A program made the translations under genes and the position numbers. Positions 9,993-20,963 of a DNA stretch of 64,000 bases are shown in pieces; positions within the stretch are counted from its first letter, which is position 1; each line of letters begins with the position of its first letter. Source of the stretch: an uncultured Gemmatimonadaceae bacterium. GTDB lineage: Bacteria > Gemmatimonadota > Gemmatimonadetes > Gemmatimonadales > Gemmatimonadaceae. The notes below the pieces were generated by a model that was given only the letters and a program-made list of their open reading frames with translations, was not told the origin of the DNA and did no database searches. The stretch is taken from NCBI GenBank assembly GCA_963843845.1, contig CAWJMB010000002.1, positions 320,001-384,000 on the forward strand. Direction: 5' to 3'.

Positions 9993-10712
9993 ATGCGCAC
10001 CATCAGAACGATCCGCACCGCCCCGGCGCTCGCCGCGCTGCTCGCCGCGCTGCTCGTCGCGCCGCTCACCGCCGAGCGCGCGACGGCCCAGGTCATCTCC
10101 ACGCTGCCGGCGGAGTACAACTTCGCGGCCGATGCCTACACCGGCGCGAACTACCGCTACGTCGGCGAGAACTTCGTCGTGCCGAGCGGCGTCGGGAACG
10201 GCTTCCTCCGCGCCCTCACCGTCGGCGTCGAGGGGATCTCCGGCCGCCCCGACCTCGTGCAGCTGCGCACGTTCGTCTACGCGTGGGACGGCAACCGGCC
10301 GACTGGCTCGGCGCTCTACACGAGCCCGATCTTCTCCCCCCCGGCGACGTCGGGCTTCGTCTACCACACGTTCGCCCCCGACGTGCAGCTGACGGTCGGG
10401 AGCTCCTACGTCTTCTTCCTGAGCGGCGTGGGGCTCGCGCAGCCGTCGGTGACGACGTTCTACGGCATCGCGCAGCGCGGCACGACGGTGCGCGACGCCT
10501 ACGTCCCCGGCGTCCGCGTGAACGCCGACGACCCGAACTTCGCGAACCTCGGCACGACGACGTGGTTCAAGTCGCCCGACCGCGACATCGCGTTCGAGCT
10601 GCAGTTCGCGCCGGCGGCGTCGACCGTGCCCGAGCCCGGCACGTGGGCGCTGCTCGGCGGCGGGCTCGCGCTCCTCGGCGGCGTCGCCGCGCGCCGGCGC
10701 CGACTCGCCTGA
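9993..10712 (+). CDS. PEP-CTERM sorted surface protein
   Basis: Signal peptide; C-terminal VPEPGTWALLGGGLALLGGVAARRRR. Confidence 0.9.
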   Translation: MRTIRTIRTAPALAALLAALLVAPLTAERATAQVISTLPAEYNFAADAYTGANYRYVGENFVVPSGVGNGFLRALTVGVEGISGRPDLVQLRTFVYAWDGNRPTGSALYTSPIFSPPATSGFVYHTFAPDVQLTVGSSYVFFLSGVGLAQPSVTTFYGIAQRGTTVRDAYVPGVRVNADDPNFANLGTTTWFKSPDRDIAFELQFAPAASTVPEPGTWALLGGGLALLGGVAARRRRLA

Positions 10713-10802
10713 CGCCTCGCTGACGGCTGGAAGCGCGCCCAGGTGTGGGGCGTAATTGCGGGAGCTCTCGCGTCACCCTCCCCAGCGCCGTCCCACACCC
10801 CG

Positions 10803-12636
10803 ATGAACACTCGCCGCCAGTTCCTGATCCGCGCGCCGCTCGGCATCGCCGGCGTCGTCGCTGCGTGCCGCGACGGCGCGCAGCCGAGCGCCGCGGCCGG
10901 CTCCGCCGCACCGCCTGGTGCGCCGCCCGCGTTCGGCACCGCGCCGCCTGCCGGCCCGGCCGTGTCGGCGGCGACGTTCGCCGAGGCGGAGAAGCTCGTC
11001 CGCGTGACGATGACCGACGCCGAGCGCGCGACGGCGGCGAGCAACTGGCAGCGGCTCATGGCGACGCTCGTCGAGCGGCGGGTGGGGCCGCGGACGGTCG
11101 AGCTGCCGGACACGCTCGCGCCGGCGATGGTGTGGAATCCGTCGGCCGCGACCGGCGGGCGGGCGACCGGCGAGCGGGCCGCCGACCGGGCGCCGTCTGC
11201 GCGCGGCCGCGTCGTCCGCAGCGCGGCGGACCCCGGACCACTTCCGGCGAGCGACGACGAGATCGCGTTCGCGCCGGTGACCGCGCTGTCGCGGTGGATC
11301 GAGCGACGTCACCTGACGTCGCAGCGCCTCACCGAGATCTACCTGCGCCGCATCGAGCGGCTCGATGGTCGGCTGCGCAGCGTCATCACGGTCACGCGCG
11401 ACCGCGCGCTGCGGCAGGCGGCGGCGGCGGACGCGGAGATCGCCGCCGGCCGGTATCGCGGGCCGCTGCACGGCGTTCCGTTCGGCGTGAAAGACCTGCT
11501 CGACACGGCCGGCATCGCGACGACGTGGGGCGCCGAGCCGTATCGGGACCGCGTGCCCGAGGCGGACGCGGTCGTCGTGACGCGGCTGCGCGACGCCGGC
11601 GCCGTTCTCATCGCGAAGCTCAGCCTGGGCGCGCTGGCGCTGAACGACGTCTGGTTCGGCGGGCAGACGATGAACCCGTGGCTGCTCGAGGAAGGGTCGT
11701 CGGGGTCGAGCGCGGGGCCGGGCGCCGCCACCGCGGCGGGGCTCGTCGGCTTCTCGATCGGGAGCGAGACCGGCGGCAGCATCGTCAGCCCGAGCATGCG
11801 CTGCGGCGTGACCGGACTACGGCCGACGTTCGGACGCGTTCCGCGCACGGGCGCGATGACGCTCTGCTGGTCGCTCGACAAGCTCGGCCCGATGACGCGC
11901 GGGGTCGAGGACGCGCTGCTCGTGCTGGCCGCGATCTCGGGAGCGGACGCGGGCGACCCGTCGAGCGTGCCGTCGCGCCTCGACTACGACGCGGCGGTGC
12001 CGGTGCGCGGAGTGCGCGTCGGCGATCTTCCCGGCGTGGATGCGCGAGGCGCCGGCGACCGAGGTGGACCGCCGCGCCGTCGACGTCGTGCGATCGTCGG
12101 GCATGACGACCGTCGATCTCGCGTTCCCCGACCTGCCGTACGCGTCGATGATGCCGATCCTGTTCGCCGAGGCGGCGGCGTCGTTCGAGGAGCTGACGCT
12201 GAGCGACCGTGACGACCGGCTCCGCGTGCAGGTGCCGGACGCGTGGCCGAACCTGTTCCGCCAGGCGCGCTTCCTGTCGGCCGTCGACTTCGTGCAGGGC
12301 GACCGGCTGCGTCGGCGGTTGGCCGCGGAGATGGCGCGGCTGTTCGAGCGCGTCGACGTGCTGCTCGTCCCCTCGCTGCGCGACGAGATGCTGACGACGA
12401 CGAACTTCACCGGGCACCCGTCGCTCACGCTGCGCGCCGGCTTCGTGCAGGTGAGCGAGGCGCGCAGCGACTGGGCGCCGGATCCGGAGCATCCGCTCCC
12501 CAGCTTCTCGCCGCCGCGGCGGGTGCCGCACGGCGTCACGCTGATCGGGCGATTGTTCGACGAAGGGACACTGACGCGAGTGGGCGTCGCGCTGGAGCGT
12601 GGGTTCGGTGTGGCGGCGGAGCGGCCCACGCTGTAG
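10803..12636 (+). CDS. Amidase-signature family protein, frameshift near 12025
   Basis: Tat-like TRRQFL; GPLHGVPFGVKD, GSSGSSAG, GSETGGSI. C-terminus continues in ORF 12040-12636. Confidence 0.85.
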
Positions 12637-12740
12637 GAGCTGCAAGCAGGTCGCGGACGCCTCTGCCGTAGAACGCTCGTGCCGCGCGTGAGCCGCCGTC
12701 GCGGGATCATGCCGGGCATCGAGCCCCCATTCCCGTTCAG

Positions 12741-14990
12741 TCAGTACTGCAAATCCCTGGTGTGAAATGGCCGCGCCGGCGCCGTGCCGAGGATGCGGCG
12801 GAGGACGGCGTTCAGCGTGTCGGGGTCGTTGTCGAAGCCGCCGTGACTGTTGCTCCGGCTCACGCTCGCCGCCTCGCCGGGCTCGCCGGCGACGACGAGG
12901 TTGGGGAGCCCGCTCGTCGTGCCGGCGACGAGCGCCGCGACGTCGGGGTCGGCGACGCGGGCGTCGACGCCGGCCTTGTCGCTGATGTAGCGGAGCATGC
13001 CGAGGATGGGCGTCTCGCGGCGTCCGGAGAAGGCATTGCTCACGAGGTAGAGCAGCGACTTGCCGTACGGGCCGACCCCGTCGTCGCGCTCGCCGACGTC
13101 GCTCAGCACGTAGAGCGTCGGCGTCGGACACCGCTTCCCGACGACGTGCGGGTAGACGAGGCGCTTGAACAGGTCGACGGTGATCGCCGGCGCCATCAGC
13201 TGCAACGAGCGGAACGGGAGCCCGCTCTCGACGAGCAGCGGCAGCAGGTGCGCGGCGAAGATGCTTCCCGCGCTGTGGCCCACGACGTGGATCTCCCAGT
13301 CACGCGCGCCGGCGGCGGCCGCCGCCGTACCCGACTGCGCGACGTGCTTCGCGAGCAGCTGCATCGCGCCGCGCCCGTTCGGCCGCGCCGAGGCGAGCGC
13401 CGCGTTCTCCTTCATCTCGCGCCACATCGCGCCGCCGAGCTTCGCCGTCGTCAGCTCGATCGTGCGGTCGCGCGCCTCGAGCAGTCCGTCGCGCATCCGC
13501 GCGAGCCAGTCGGCGGCCGCGCCCGACCGCGCGTCGTGCGGCGCGACGAGGTCGGTGATCATGTCGGCGATCGTCTCCATCCCCCCCGACTCCCACATGA
13601 CGTGGAGGGGGTAGATCTCGTTCGCGAGCAATACGTCGCGAAAAGCGACGATCCGGCGTGCCACGGCGCGCTCGCCGTTCAAGCCGCCGTGCAGGTAGAG
13701 CAGGATGCGCTTCTTCTTCCAGCGCGCCGTCGTGGTCGGGATGTAGTCGGTCAGCAGCCGGCGGAGATCCTCCTCGGTCGTGAAGTAGTCGCCCGAGTCG
13801 GAGAGGCTGCCGTTGTTGCCGACGTCGACGACGTACGGGCGGATCTCGCTCAGCGGCACCGCCTGCGCGGCGCGCTGGCGCCCGCGCGTCGTGTCCGCGT
13901 TCCCCGCGCTCCACACGTCGACGTCGATCGGCACGCCGAGCTGCGCGGCCCAGACGTCGGTCGCGTGGAGCAGGAAGTCTTCGTACGGCAGCAACGCGAA
14001 GCCGCCGTCTCCCCACGACCGCCCCCACGAGTTCTGCACGATGAAGCCGTGCGCCGTGTAGCCGACGATCGCCACCGCATGCCCGCTGTCCGCCCGCCCC
14101 TTGCGCGCGATGAGCGGCAGCCGTCGCGTGCGCACGCCCCCTTCGACGACGTAGTGCACGTCGAACCGTTCGTCGTCGAACGCGTCCCACCCTTCGTGCA
14201 CCATCAGCGTGCAGTACAGGATGCCGACCTCGGCCAGCGCGGCGTGCATGTCGCGCACGTTGCGGTGGTCGATGCGGTAGAAGGCGCCGCCGGGGGTGGA
14301 GCGCGCGAGGTCGGCGATCGTGAGCGGGGGGCCCGTCCGCCCGCGCCGTCGAACCGATTCGAGCAGGCGGTCGGTCTTCACGTCGACCGTCGACCAGTGG
14401 CGCGCCTCGCAGACGCCATGGCGCACCCACCCTTTCATCGCGCCGCGCGCGCTCGAGCCTTCGTACTCCTCGCCCGGCCACTCGTCGTAGCGGCGCGCGA
14501 GACGATAGAGCATGTACGGGCTGACCGCGCGCTCGATGCGGCGCTGCGCGAGCAGGTAGTTGACGACCGCGGCGAGCGCGAAGCCGGTGCACGCGCCCTC
14601 CCGCCCTTGGTCGAGCACGTGCGGCACGAGGTCGCAGTTCACGACCTGGTCGGGGAGCGCGACGAGTCGCGGCTGATAGAACCAGTCGCGGATGTCGACG
14701 CGGTCGGGCACCGCGTCGAGCGTGCGCTGCACGCGCTCGGCGGCATCGACGGTGCGCTCGGGCGCGCGGCGCCTCGACGCGGAAGGGCGCGTGGTCTTCG
14801 GCTTCGAGGCATCGGCGGCGGCCGCGCGGTCGTCGGCGGCGAGGTCGGCGTCTGCGTTCGCAGGCGCGACGCGCTTGGCGGTCGCGCTGCGCTTGGCGGT
14901 CGCGCTGCGCTTCGTGCCGCTCGTGCCGCGTGGCGCGGTGGCACCGCGCGACCTCGCGGCAGAGGTCGCGGGAGGGCGCTTGCTGGGCAT
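12741..14990 (-). CDS. Papain-like C1 cysteine peptidase fused to an alpha/beta-hydrolase domain
   Basis: DQGREGACTGF, GHAVAIVGY and QNSWG, then LHGGLN, VGHSAGS and HGGFDND. Confidence 0.8.
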   Translation of the reverse strand: MPSKRPPATSAARSRGATAPRGTSGTKRSATAKRSATAKRVAPANADADLAADDRAAAADASKPKTTRPSASRRRAPERTVDAAERVQRTLDAVPDRVDIRDWFYQPRLVALPDQVVNCDLVPHVLDQGREGACTGFALAAVVNYLLAQRRIERAVSPYMLYRLARRYDEWPGEEYEGSSARGAMKGWVRHGVCEARHWSTVDVKTDRLLESVRRRGRTGPPLTIADLARSTPGGAFYRIDHRNVRDMHAALAEVGILYCTLMVHEGWDAFDDERFDVHYVVEGGVRTRRLPLIARKGRADSGHAVAIVGYTAHGFIVQNSWGRSWGDGGFALLPYEDFLLHATDVWAAQLGVPIDVDVWSAGNADTTRGRQRAAQAVPLSEIRPYVVDVGNNGSLSDSGDYFTTEEDLRRLLTDYIPTTTARWKKKRILLYLHGGLNGERAVARRIVAFRDVLLANEIYPLHVMWESGGMETIADMITDLVAPHDARSGAAADWLARMRDGLLEARDRTIELTTAKLGGAMWREMKENAALASARPNGRGAMQLLAKHVAQSGTAAAAAGARDWEIHVVGHSAGSIFAAHLLPLLVESGLPFRSLQLMAPAITVDLFKRLVYPHVVGKRCPTPTLYVLSDVGERDDGVGPYGKSLLYLVSNAFSGRRETPILGMLRYISDKAGVDARVADPDVAALVAGTTSGLPNLVVAGEPGEAASVSRSNSHGGFDNDPDTLNAVLRRILGTAPARPFHTRDLQY

Positions 14991-15198
14991 GTCGTGTCCC
15001 CTGTTCCCAGGGTGGCGGGTCACAGCGCGCTCGGTCCTCCGTGAGCGCGGCGCTAGCCTAGCATCGCCGGACGTGACGCGCCAGCGAGCTGGACTCGCCG
15101 CGCGGCGTCCCTGCATGAACCGCGTGGACGGCGATCCATGTCGCTCGGCTTCCTGGGGACCGCGTGTCCACGCCTCCACGACGCGTTCGCGAGGCCGT

Positions 15199-16479
15199 TC
15201 AGCTGTCGTCGTCCGCTTCGAGGCGGGTGCGCTCCACGCTGCCGCCGAGCCGCGCCGCCGCGTCGTCCGACGCCAGCTCCTCGAGCGTGAGCCGCGTGAG
15301 CGCGAGCACCCGCCGCGCCCGGTCCGCGAGGAGGTCGCCGCTCGGCGCTCCCCACCCGCCGTCCGCGTCGAACGCCGCGAGCTGGTGCGCCGCGCGCCGC
15401 ACGACACGCTGCAAGACGACGAACGCGCCGGCGCCTAACGGCGGCGTGCCGCGGTAGTTCGCGAGGCGCCCGTCGGCGCGGAAGTGGCCGGCGCGCTCGA
15501 GTCCCATGAACTGGAGGAACCAGTCGGCGCGGAACGCGCCGGCGGTCGCCGTCATGCCGACGAAGTCGGCGATGAGCTCGTCGAGCAGCGCGTTGCGCAT
15601 GGAGCCGAACGCGCGGCGCGTGACGTAGTGCGCGCACTCGTGCTCGAGACGGATCTCGAGCGAGAGCTGGCGCCACGTCGAGTCCGAGAGGCCGAGCGCG
15701 GCGGCGGGCACGCCGCTGTACGGACCGCTGCTCAGCACGATGAAGCGGTCCTGGTAGCGCGGCCTGTCGGGGATGAGCGCGCGGAAGGCGGCGTTCCACT
15801 CGCCCGCAGCCGCGCGGGGGTGCGCCTGCTCCCACGCGCGGCGCTCGTCGGCGACGCGCGACCAGTTGTTGTAGCCGCCGACGATCGACGCGCCCTGCGA
15901 CGCGGGGATCGGCACGGGCTCGTTCTGCGCCGTCAGCGCGCGGATGAGGGTCTCGAAGTCGGCGCGCGCCCGGGCGACGATCACGCCGATGCGGCCGGCC
16001 GCGGTCGGGTGGACGAACAGCCGCAGTCCGTCCGGGTCGACGAACTCGGCGCCGTCGGTCGGACCGCTCGGCACGCCCGTCAGCTCGCCGCGGCGCGTGG
16101 CGGCGCGATACGTGTCGGTCGCGGAGATGCCGGCGGCGACGGGGAAGCGCAGCTGCACGAGGTGGCGGCGCAGCACGTCGTCGACCGGCGCCCCGGTCGA
16201 CTCCGCCGCGTACCGCTGCCACGCCGCGGCGCACGGCTCGTCGGCGAGCGGGTAGACCGCGTCACGCGTCGTCGGCGCGAAGTCGTTGCGCCCGTAGGCG
16301 AGCAGCTCGCCGACCTCCGCGTCGGTCGCGCCACACGCGCGGAGCACGTGCCGCCGAACGGTCTCCACGTCGTGTGCGAGCCCGTCGTCGTCGACGGGCC
16401 GCGCGAACGCGTTCGGCCGCGTGCCCGACCGCGTGCCCGACCGCGTGGCGACCGGCCCGGCGAGGGCGGGGGCGCTCAC
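15199..16479 (-). CDS. HExxH metalloprotein of unknown function, last gene of the RiPP export operon
   Basis: EHECAHY...DELIADF (gluzincin-like spacing). 4-nt overlap with the upstream binding-protein gene. Confidence 0.7.
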   Translation of the reverse strand: MSAPALAGPVATRSGTRSGTRPNAFARPVDDDGLAHDVETVRRHVLRACGATDAEVGELLAYGRNDFAPTTRDAVYPLADEPCAAAWQRYAAESTGAPVDDVLRRHLVQLRFPVAAGISATDTYRAATRRGELTGVPSGPTDGAEFVDPDGLRLFVHPTAAGRIGVIVARARADFETLIRALTAQNEPVPIPASQGASIVGGYNNWSRVADERRAWEQAHPRAAAGEWNAAFRALIPDRPRYQDRFIVLSSGPYSGVPAAALGLSDSTWRQLSLEIRLEHECAHYVTRRAFGSMRNALLDELIADFVGMTATAGAFRADWFLQFMGLERAGHFRADGRLANYRGTPPLGAGAFVVLQRVVRRAAHQLAAFDADGGWGAPSGDLLADRARRVLALTRLTLEELASDDAAARLGGSVERTRLEADDDS

Positions 16480-17737
16480 GGCCGGGCTCCTCGTGCCACC
16501 GCGGACGCCGCGGACGCCGCGGACGCCGAGGCGGTCGAGGCGACGGCGCGCGCCGGGTCGCCGACGTACTCGAAGCGCCCGCCGCGCACGACCGTCTTCA
16601 CGATCGGCCGCTCCGCCAGCTCGCCGTTCGCGGCGAACGTGAACGCGCCGGTGACGCCCTCCCAGCCGCGCGCCGCGTGCAGCGTGCGCGCGACGTCGTC
16701 AGGTGCAGCGGATCTCGCCTCGCGCATCGCGTGCACGAGCAGCCGCACCGCGTCGTAGCCGAGCGCCGAGCCGGCGTCGGGGGGGACGCCGTAGCGGCCG
16801 CGAAACGCGTCGGCGAAGCGCCGCACCTCGGGGCGCGGCTCGTCGGGGTGGAAGACGGTCGCCACGATCATGCCGTCCGCCGCCCTCCCGGCCGAGAGCA
16901 GCGCGTCCGAGCTCATCGCGTCGCCGCCGAGGATCGGCGTCGTGAGCCCCTGGCGGCGCGCCTCGGCGACGAAGCCGGCGGCGGAGGGCACCTCGCCCGC
17001 GAGGAAGACGGCGTCGAGCTCGAGCGCCTTCCACGCGCGGACGACCGGCGCGAACGACGCCGTGCCGGGCTGCGCGCCACCCTGTTCGGTCGGGTCGTAC
17101 GACTCGCGCGCGACGACGGTGAGCCCGGCGCCGGCCCCGCGCTCCTCGAACGCGTTCGCGAGGCCGCGGCCGTAGCGGTTGCGGATGTAGAAGATCGCGA
17201 CGCGCCGGTAGCCGCGCCGCGCGGCGAAGTCCGCCATCTGCCGGCCGACCTCGCGCTCGGAGAACGTCGCGCGGAAGACGCGGCGATAGCCCTGCGACGT
17301 CAGCTCGGGGTCGGTCGCGGTCGGCGAGACCATGACGAGCCCCGACAGATCGTAGATGCCGGCGGCAGGGACGGTGACGTACGACTGTAAGTGACCGATG
17401 ACGGCGACGACGTCGGGATCGGCGCCGAGCTGCTGCGCGACGACGCGCCCCTCGTCGACCGACTCCTTGTCGTCGCGCTCGGCGAGGCGGATGCGGCGGC
17501 CGAGCACACCGCCGGCGGCGTTCGCCTCGTCGACGGCCATGCGCAGCCCTTCGGCGTAGCGGATCTCGCGCCGCGCGGCCCACGGCCACGCGACGCCGAT
17601 GACGACGTCGCCCGTGCCGCTGCGGGCGCGGGCCTCGCGGGCCTCGTGGGGGAGCGCTCGGCGCAGGCGGCGAGCGCCGCGCCCAACGCCGTCGCGGCGA
17701 GCGCGAGCGGCAGAACGTGCCTGACGGAGGACGACAT
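16476..17737 (-). CDS. LivK/LivJ-type periplasmic binding lipoprotein, frameshift near 17625
   Basis: Lipobox LAAC in ORF 17300-17737. Body in ORF 16476-17540 has NAAGGVLGRRI, VVAVIGH, GYDAV, GVTGAFTF. Confidence 0.85.
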
Positions 17738-17764
17738 GAGATGACCCGGTGGCTGGGATTTATT

Positions 17765-17837
17765 GACGGAAGGAACAGAAAGAACGGAATCGGTCCATGA
17801 TCGGTGCTCTGCTTCCGTTCCTCCTGATCCTTCGGTC
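17765..17837. repeat. REP-like imperfect palindrome, copy 1
   Basis: GACGGAAGGAACAGAAAGAACGGAA ... TTCCGTTCCTCCTGATCCTTCGGTC, 25-nt arms with 4 mismatches. Confidence 0.7.
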
Positions 17838-17854
17838 GGAACGGACGGGCACGA

Positions 17855-20800
17855 TCACGCGAGCTGGCGCCGCGCGAGCTCGGCGAACAGGCCGTCGTTC
17901 GCCATGAGCTCGTCGTAGCGGCCGCTCTCGACGATCTGGCCGCTCTTCACGACGACGATGCGGTCGGCGTTGACGATCGTGCTGAGGCGGTGCGCGACGA
18001 CGACGCGGGTCGCGTTCAGGCGCTCGAGGCTCTCGCTGACGATCGCCTGCGTGCGGTTGTCGAGCGCGCTCGTGGCCTCGTCGAAGAACAGGATGCGCGG
18101 GCGGTGGACGATGGCGCGGGCGATCATGAGGCGCTGGCGCTGGCCGCCGGAGAGCGTGCCCCCTCCCTCGCTCGACGACCGTGTGCATCCCCATCGGCAT
18201 CGCCTTCACGTCGGCGTCGAAGCCGGCCATGCGCGCCGCCTCCCACGCGTCGTCGATCGAGATCTGCGACGAGCCGGCGATGTTCGTGTAGATGTCGCCC
18301 GACATGAGCTGGCCGTTCTGCAGCACGACGCCGATCTGGCGGCGCACGGCCTGGACGTCGAGCCCGTCGAGCTCCTGCCCGTCGTAGTAGATCGCTCCCG
18401 ACTCGAGCCGCTCGAAGCCCAGGAGCAGGCGCAGGATCGTCGACTTGCCGGAGCCCGACGGGCCGACGAGCGCCACGAACTCGCCGGGCTTCACGCGCAA
18501 CGTCACGTCGCGCAGTACGGGCGGGCCGTCGCCGTCGTAGCGGAAGACGGCGTGCTGCATCTCGATCTCGCCGGCGAGGCGGCCGGGGTCGCCCTTTCGC
18601 GTCGTCGACCTCGGGGCGGGCGCGCAGGATGGGTTCGGCCTGCTCGTAGAGCGGCACCGTCGAGAGCGTCATGAGCAGCGCGCCGCAGGTGCCCAACAGC
18701 GCGGCCTGGCAGGTGCCGTACGCGGAGAGGAACGCGAGGAAGTCGCCCGTGCGGAGCGTCTCGCCGCCCCTGCCGCGCAACAGAGACACTGCCGCCCAGA
18801 AGATCACGACGTTCGCGATGACGGGGAACGCGCCGTTGAACGCGGCGACGAGGTTCGCGATCCGCGTGACGCGGTACTGCAACCGCCGCTGCTCGCCGAA
18901 GCGCGCCGCCCAGCGCGTGAAGGCCTGGGCTTCCGCCCCGGCGACGCGCAGCTTCGCGACGCCGCTCAGCAGCTGCAGCACGATCCCCGACACGTTCGCC
19001 TGGATCGCCGAGACGCCGCGCTGGTGGCGGAGCTGGCGAAGGCTGCCGACCGCCGTGACGACGACGGCGACGAGGATGAGCAGCGACGCGCGCCACGCCA
19101 TCGTCGGGCTGTACCAGAACATCAGCCCGAAGTTGAACAGCGAGAAGATCCCGCCGAGGATCGCGGAGACGGTGGAGCCGGAGACGACCTGGCGGATGCC
19201 GTCGATCCCCATGGCGCGCACGGCGAGATCGCCGGCGGCGTACGGGCGGAAGAACGGCATCGGGAGGCTGAGCAGCCGGTCCCACACGGCGGACTGCACG
19301 GCCGCGCTCATGCGCCCTTCGATGCGCAGGACGGCGAGCCCGCGCACCACCGCGAACAGCGCCGTCGCCGTCGCGCAGACGAGCAGCACCGCCGTCATCT
19401 GCCAGAGCTGCGGCCGCTGCGCGCCGGGGATGACGTCGTTGAACAGCACGCCGGTCGCGACCGACGGGATGAGGCCCAGCAGCGCGCCGGCGATCCCCAT
19501 CGCGATCACGGCGAGGAGGTCGCGCCGACAGCCGCGCAGCCCGAAGCGCACGACGTCCATGACGCCCAACGCGACGTCCGGAAACGGCCGGTAGAACGTC
19601 TGCGCGAACGGCCCGAGCGTGGTCGCGAGCGTCGCGGTGAGCGGCTGCGCGGTGCGCGCGATCGGGTCGTGCAGCACGTAGCCGCGGCGGTCGGCGGTCG
19701 GCAGCAGCGCGACCGGCGACGGGTGCCCGGTCGGCGTGCCGTCGTCGGCCGTCGGCGGTTCGAGGTACGCGAGCAGCGCGCCGTTGTCGTGCCGCCACCA
19801 TTCGTCGCGTAGTGCGACCTGGCGCGTGCGGAGCCGTGAGGCGCGGGCGATCGCCGCGAGCGGGTCGCGCGGCACGGCGGCGGCGGCGCCGCGCGCGTAG
19901 GGGCGCACGGCGACGTCCATCGACTCGCCGACGAGGCGGCAGGCGGCGAACAGCGCGTCGTCCCACGCCGGCGGCTGCGCCGCGTCGTCGCGGCGGCGGA
20001 GCTGCGGCGTCTGGTGGCCGGCGCGCGGGTCCATCGTCGACGCGAGCCGCGCGCACGCGCCGTGCAGCGCGACGCGGTCCGACTCGGCGCGGCGGCGCAG
20101 GCGCGTGCGCTCCGCCGCCGTGGTCTGCGCGGCGAGCAGCTCGGTGTAGTGCAGCACGAGGTCGTGCAACCGGGCGAGCCCGCCCCACAGCGCCTCGGGG
20201 TCGGCGACGTCCGTCGCATCGAGCACCGTCACTCGGCCGGCCTCGCGCACCTCGAGCCAGGCGCGGCGCGAGATCGGCGTGAGACCGACGCCGTTCACCG
20301 TCAGCTCGTCGCGGCCCAACAGGTGGGAGTGGCCGGCGACGTGACGCAGCCAGGCGACGCCGCGGCGCGGGCGCGCGGTCGTGCCCGGCGCGACGTCGAC
20401 CTCAGCGCCGGGCGTCAGCTCGACGCAGCGCGACGGTACGATGTCGCGCTGCGACCCGCTCACGCCGTCGCACAGCGCCTCGACCCACTCGTCGAGCAGC
20501 GCGGTCGTCTCGCGCGCGCCGTCGACGGTGCGCGCCTGCTCGCGCAGCACGGACTGCGGCAGCCGCAGCAGCTGCGTCCCCGCCGTGCCGACCGCGAGCA
20601 GTCCGCGCCCGCGCGCCGCGAGGCCGGCGCCGAGCCCGAACAGCGGGTGGCCGGCGCTCACGCGGAGCAGGTGCGTGCGCCCACCGACGATCGCGCCCGC
20701 GTCGCCGCAAGGTGCGATGGTCGCCGCCATGGTCGCCGCCATGGTCGCCGCCATGGTCGCCGCCAGCGGCGACCGGCGCGAGCTGCACGGCGAACACGTC

Positions 20801-20956
20801 GACGTGGCCGCTCACGACGAGCCACACGTCGTCGCCGGCGAGCAGGAACGGCGCGGTGCCGTCCGCCGCCTGGGGCGTGCCGTCCGCCTCGAACAGCGCG
20901 ATCGCGCCGGCCGTCGAGGCGAGCGACATCGGGGAATCCAGCAGAGTCTCGGTCAC
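17855..20956 (-). CDS. NHLP export ABC transporter permease/ATPase (TIGR03797-like), about 3 frameshifts
   Basis: Fragments in several frames give [62 protein letters not shown]. Confidence 0.85.
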
Positions 20957-20963
20957 GGCGCCC

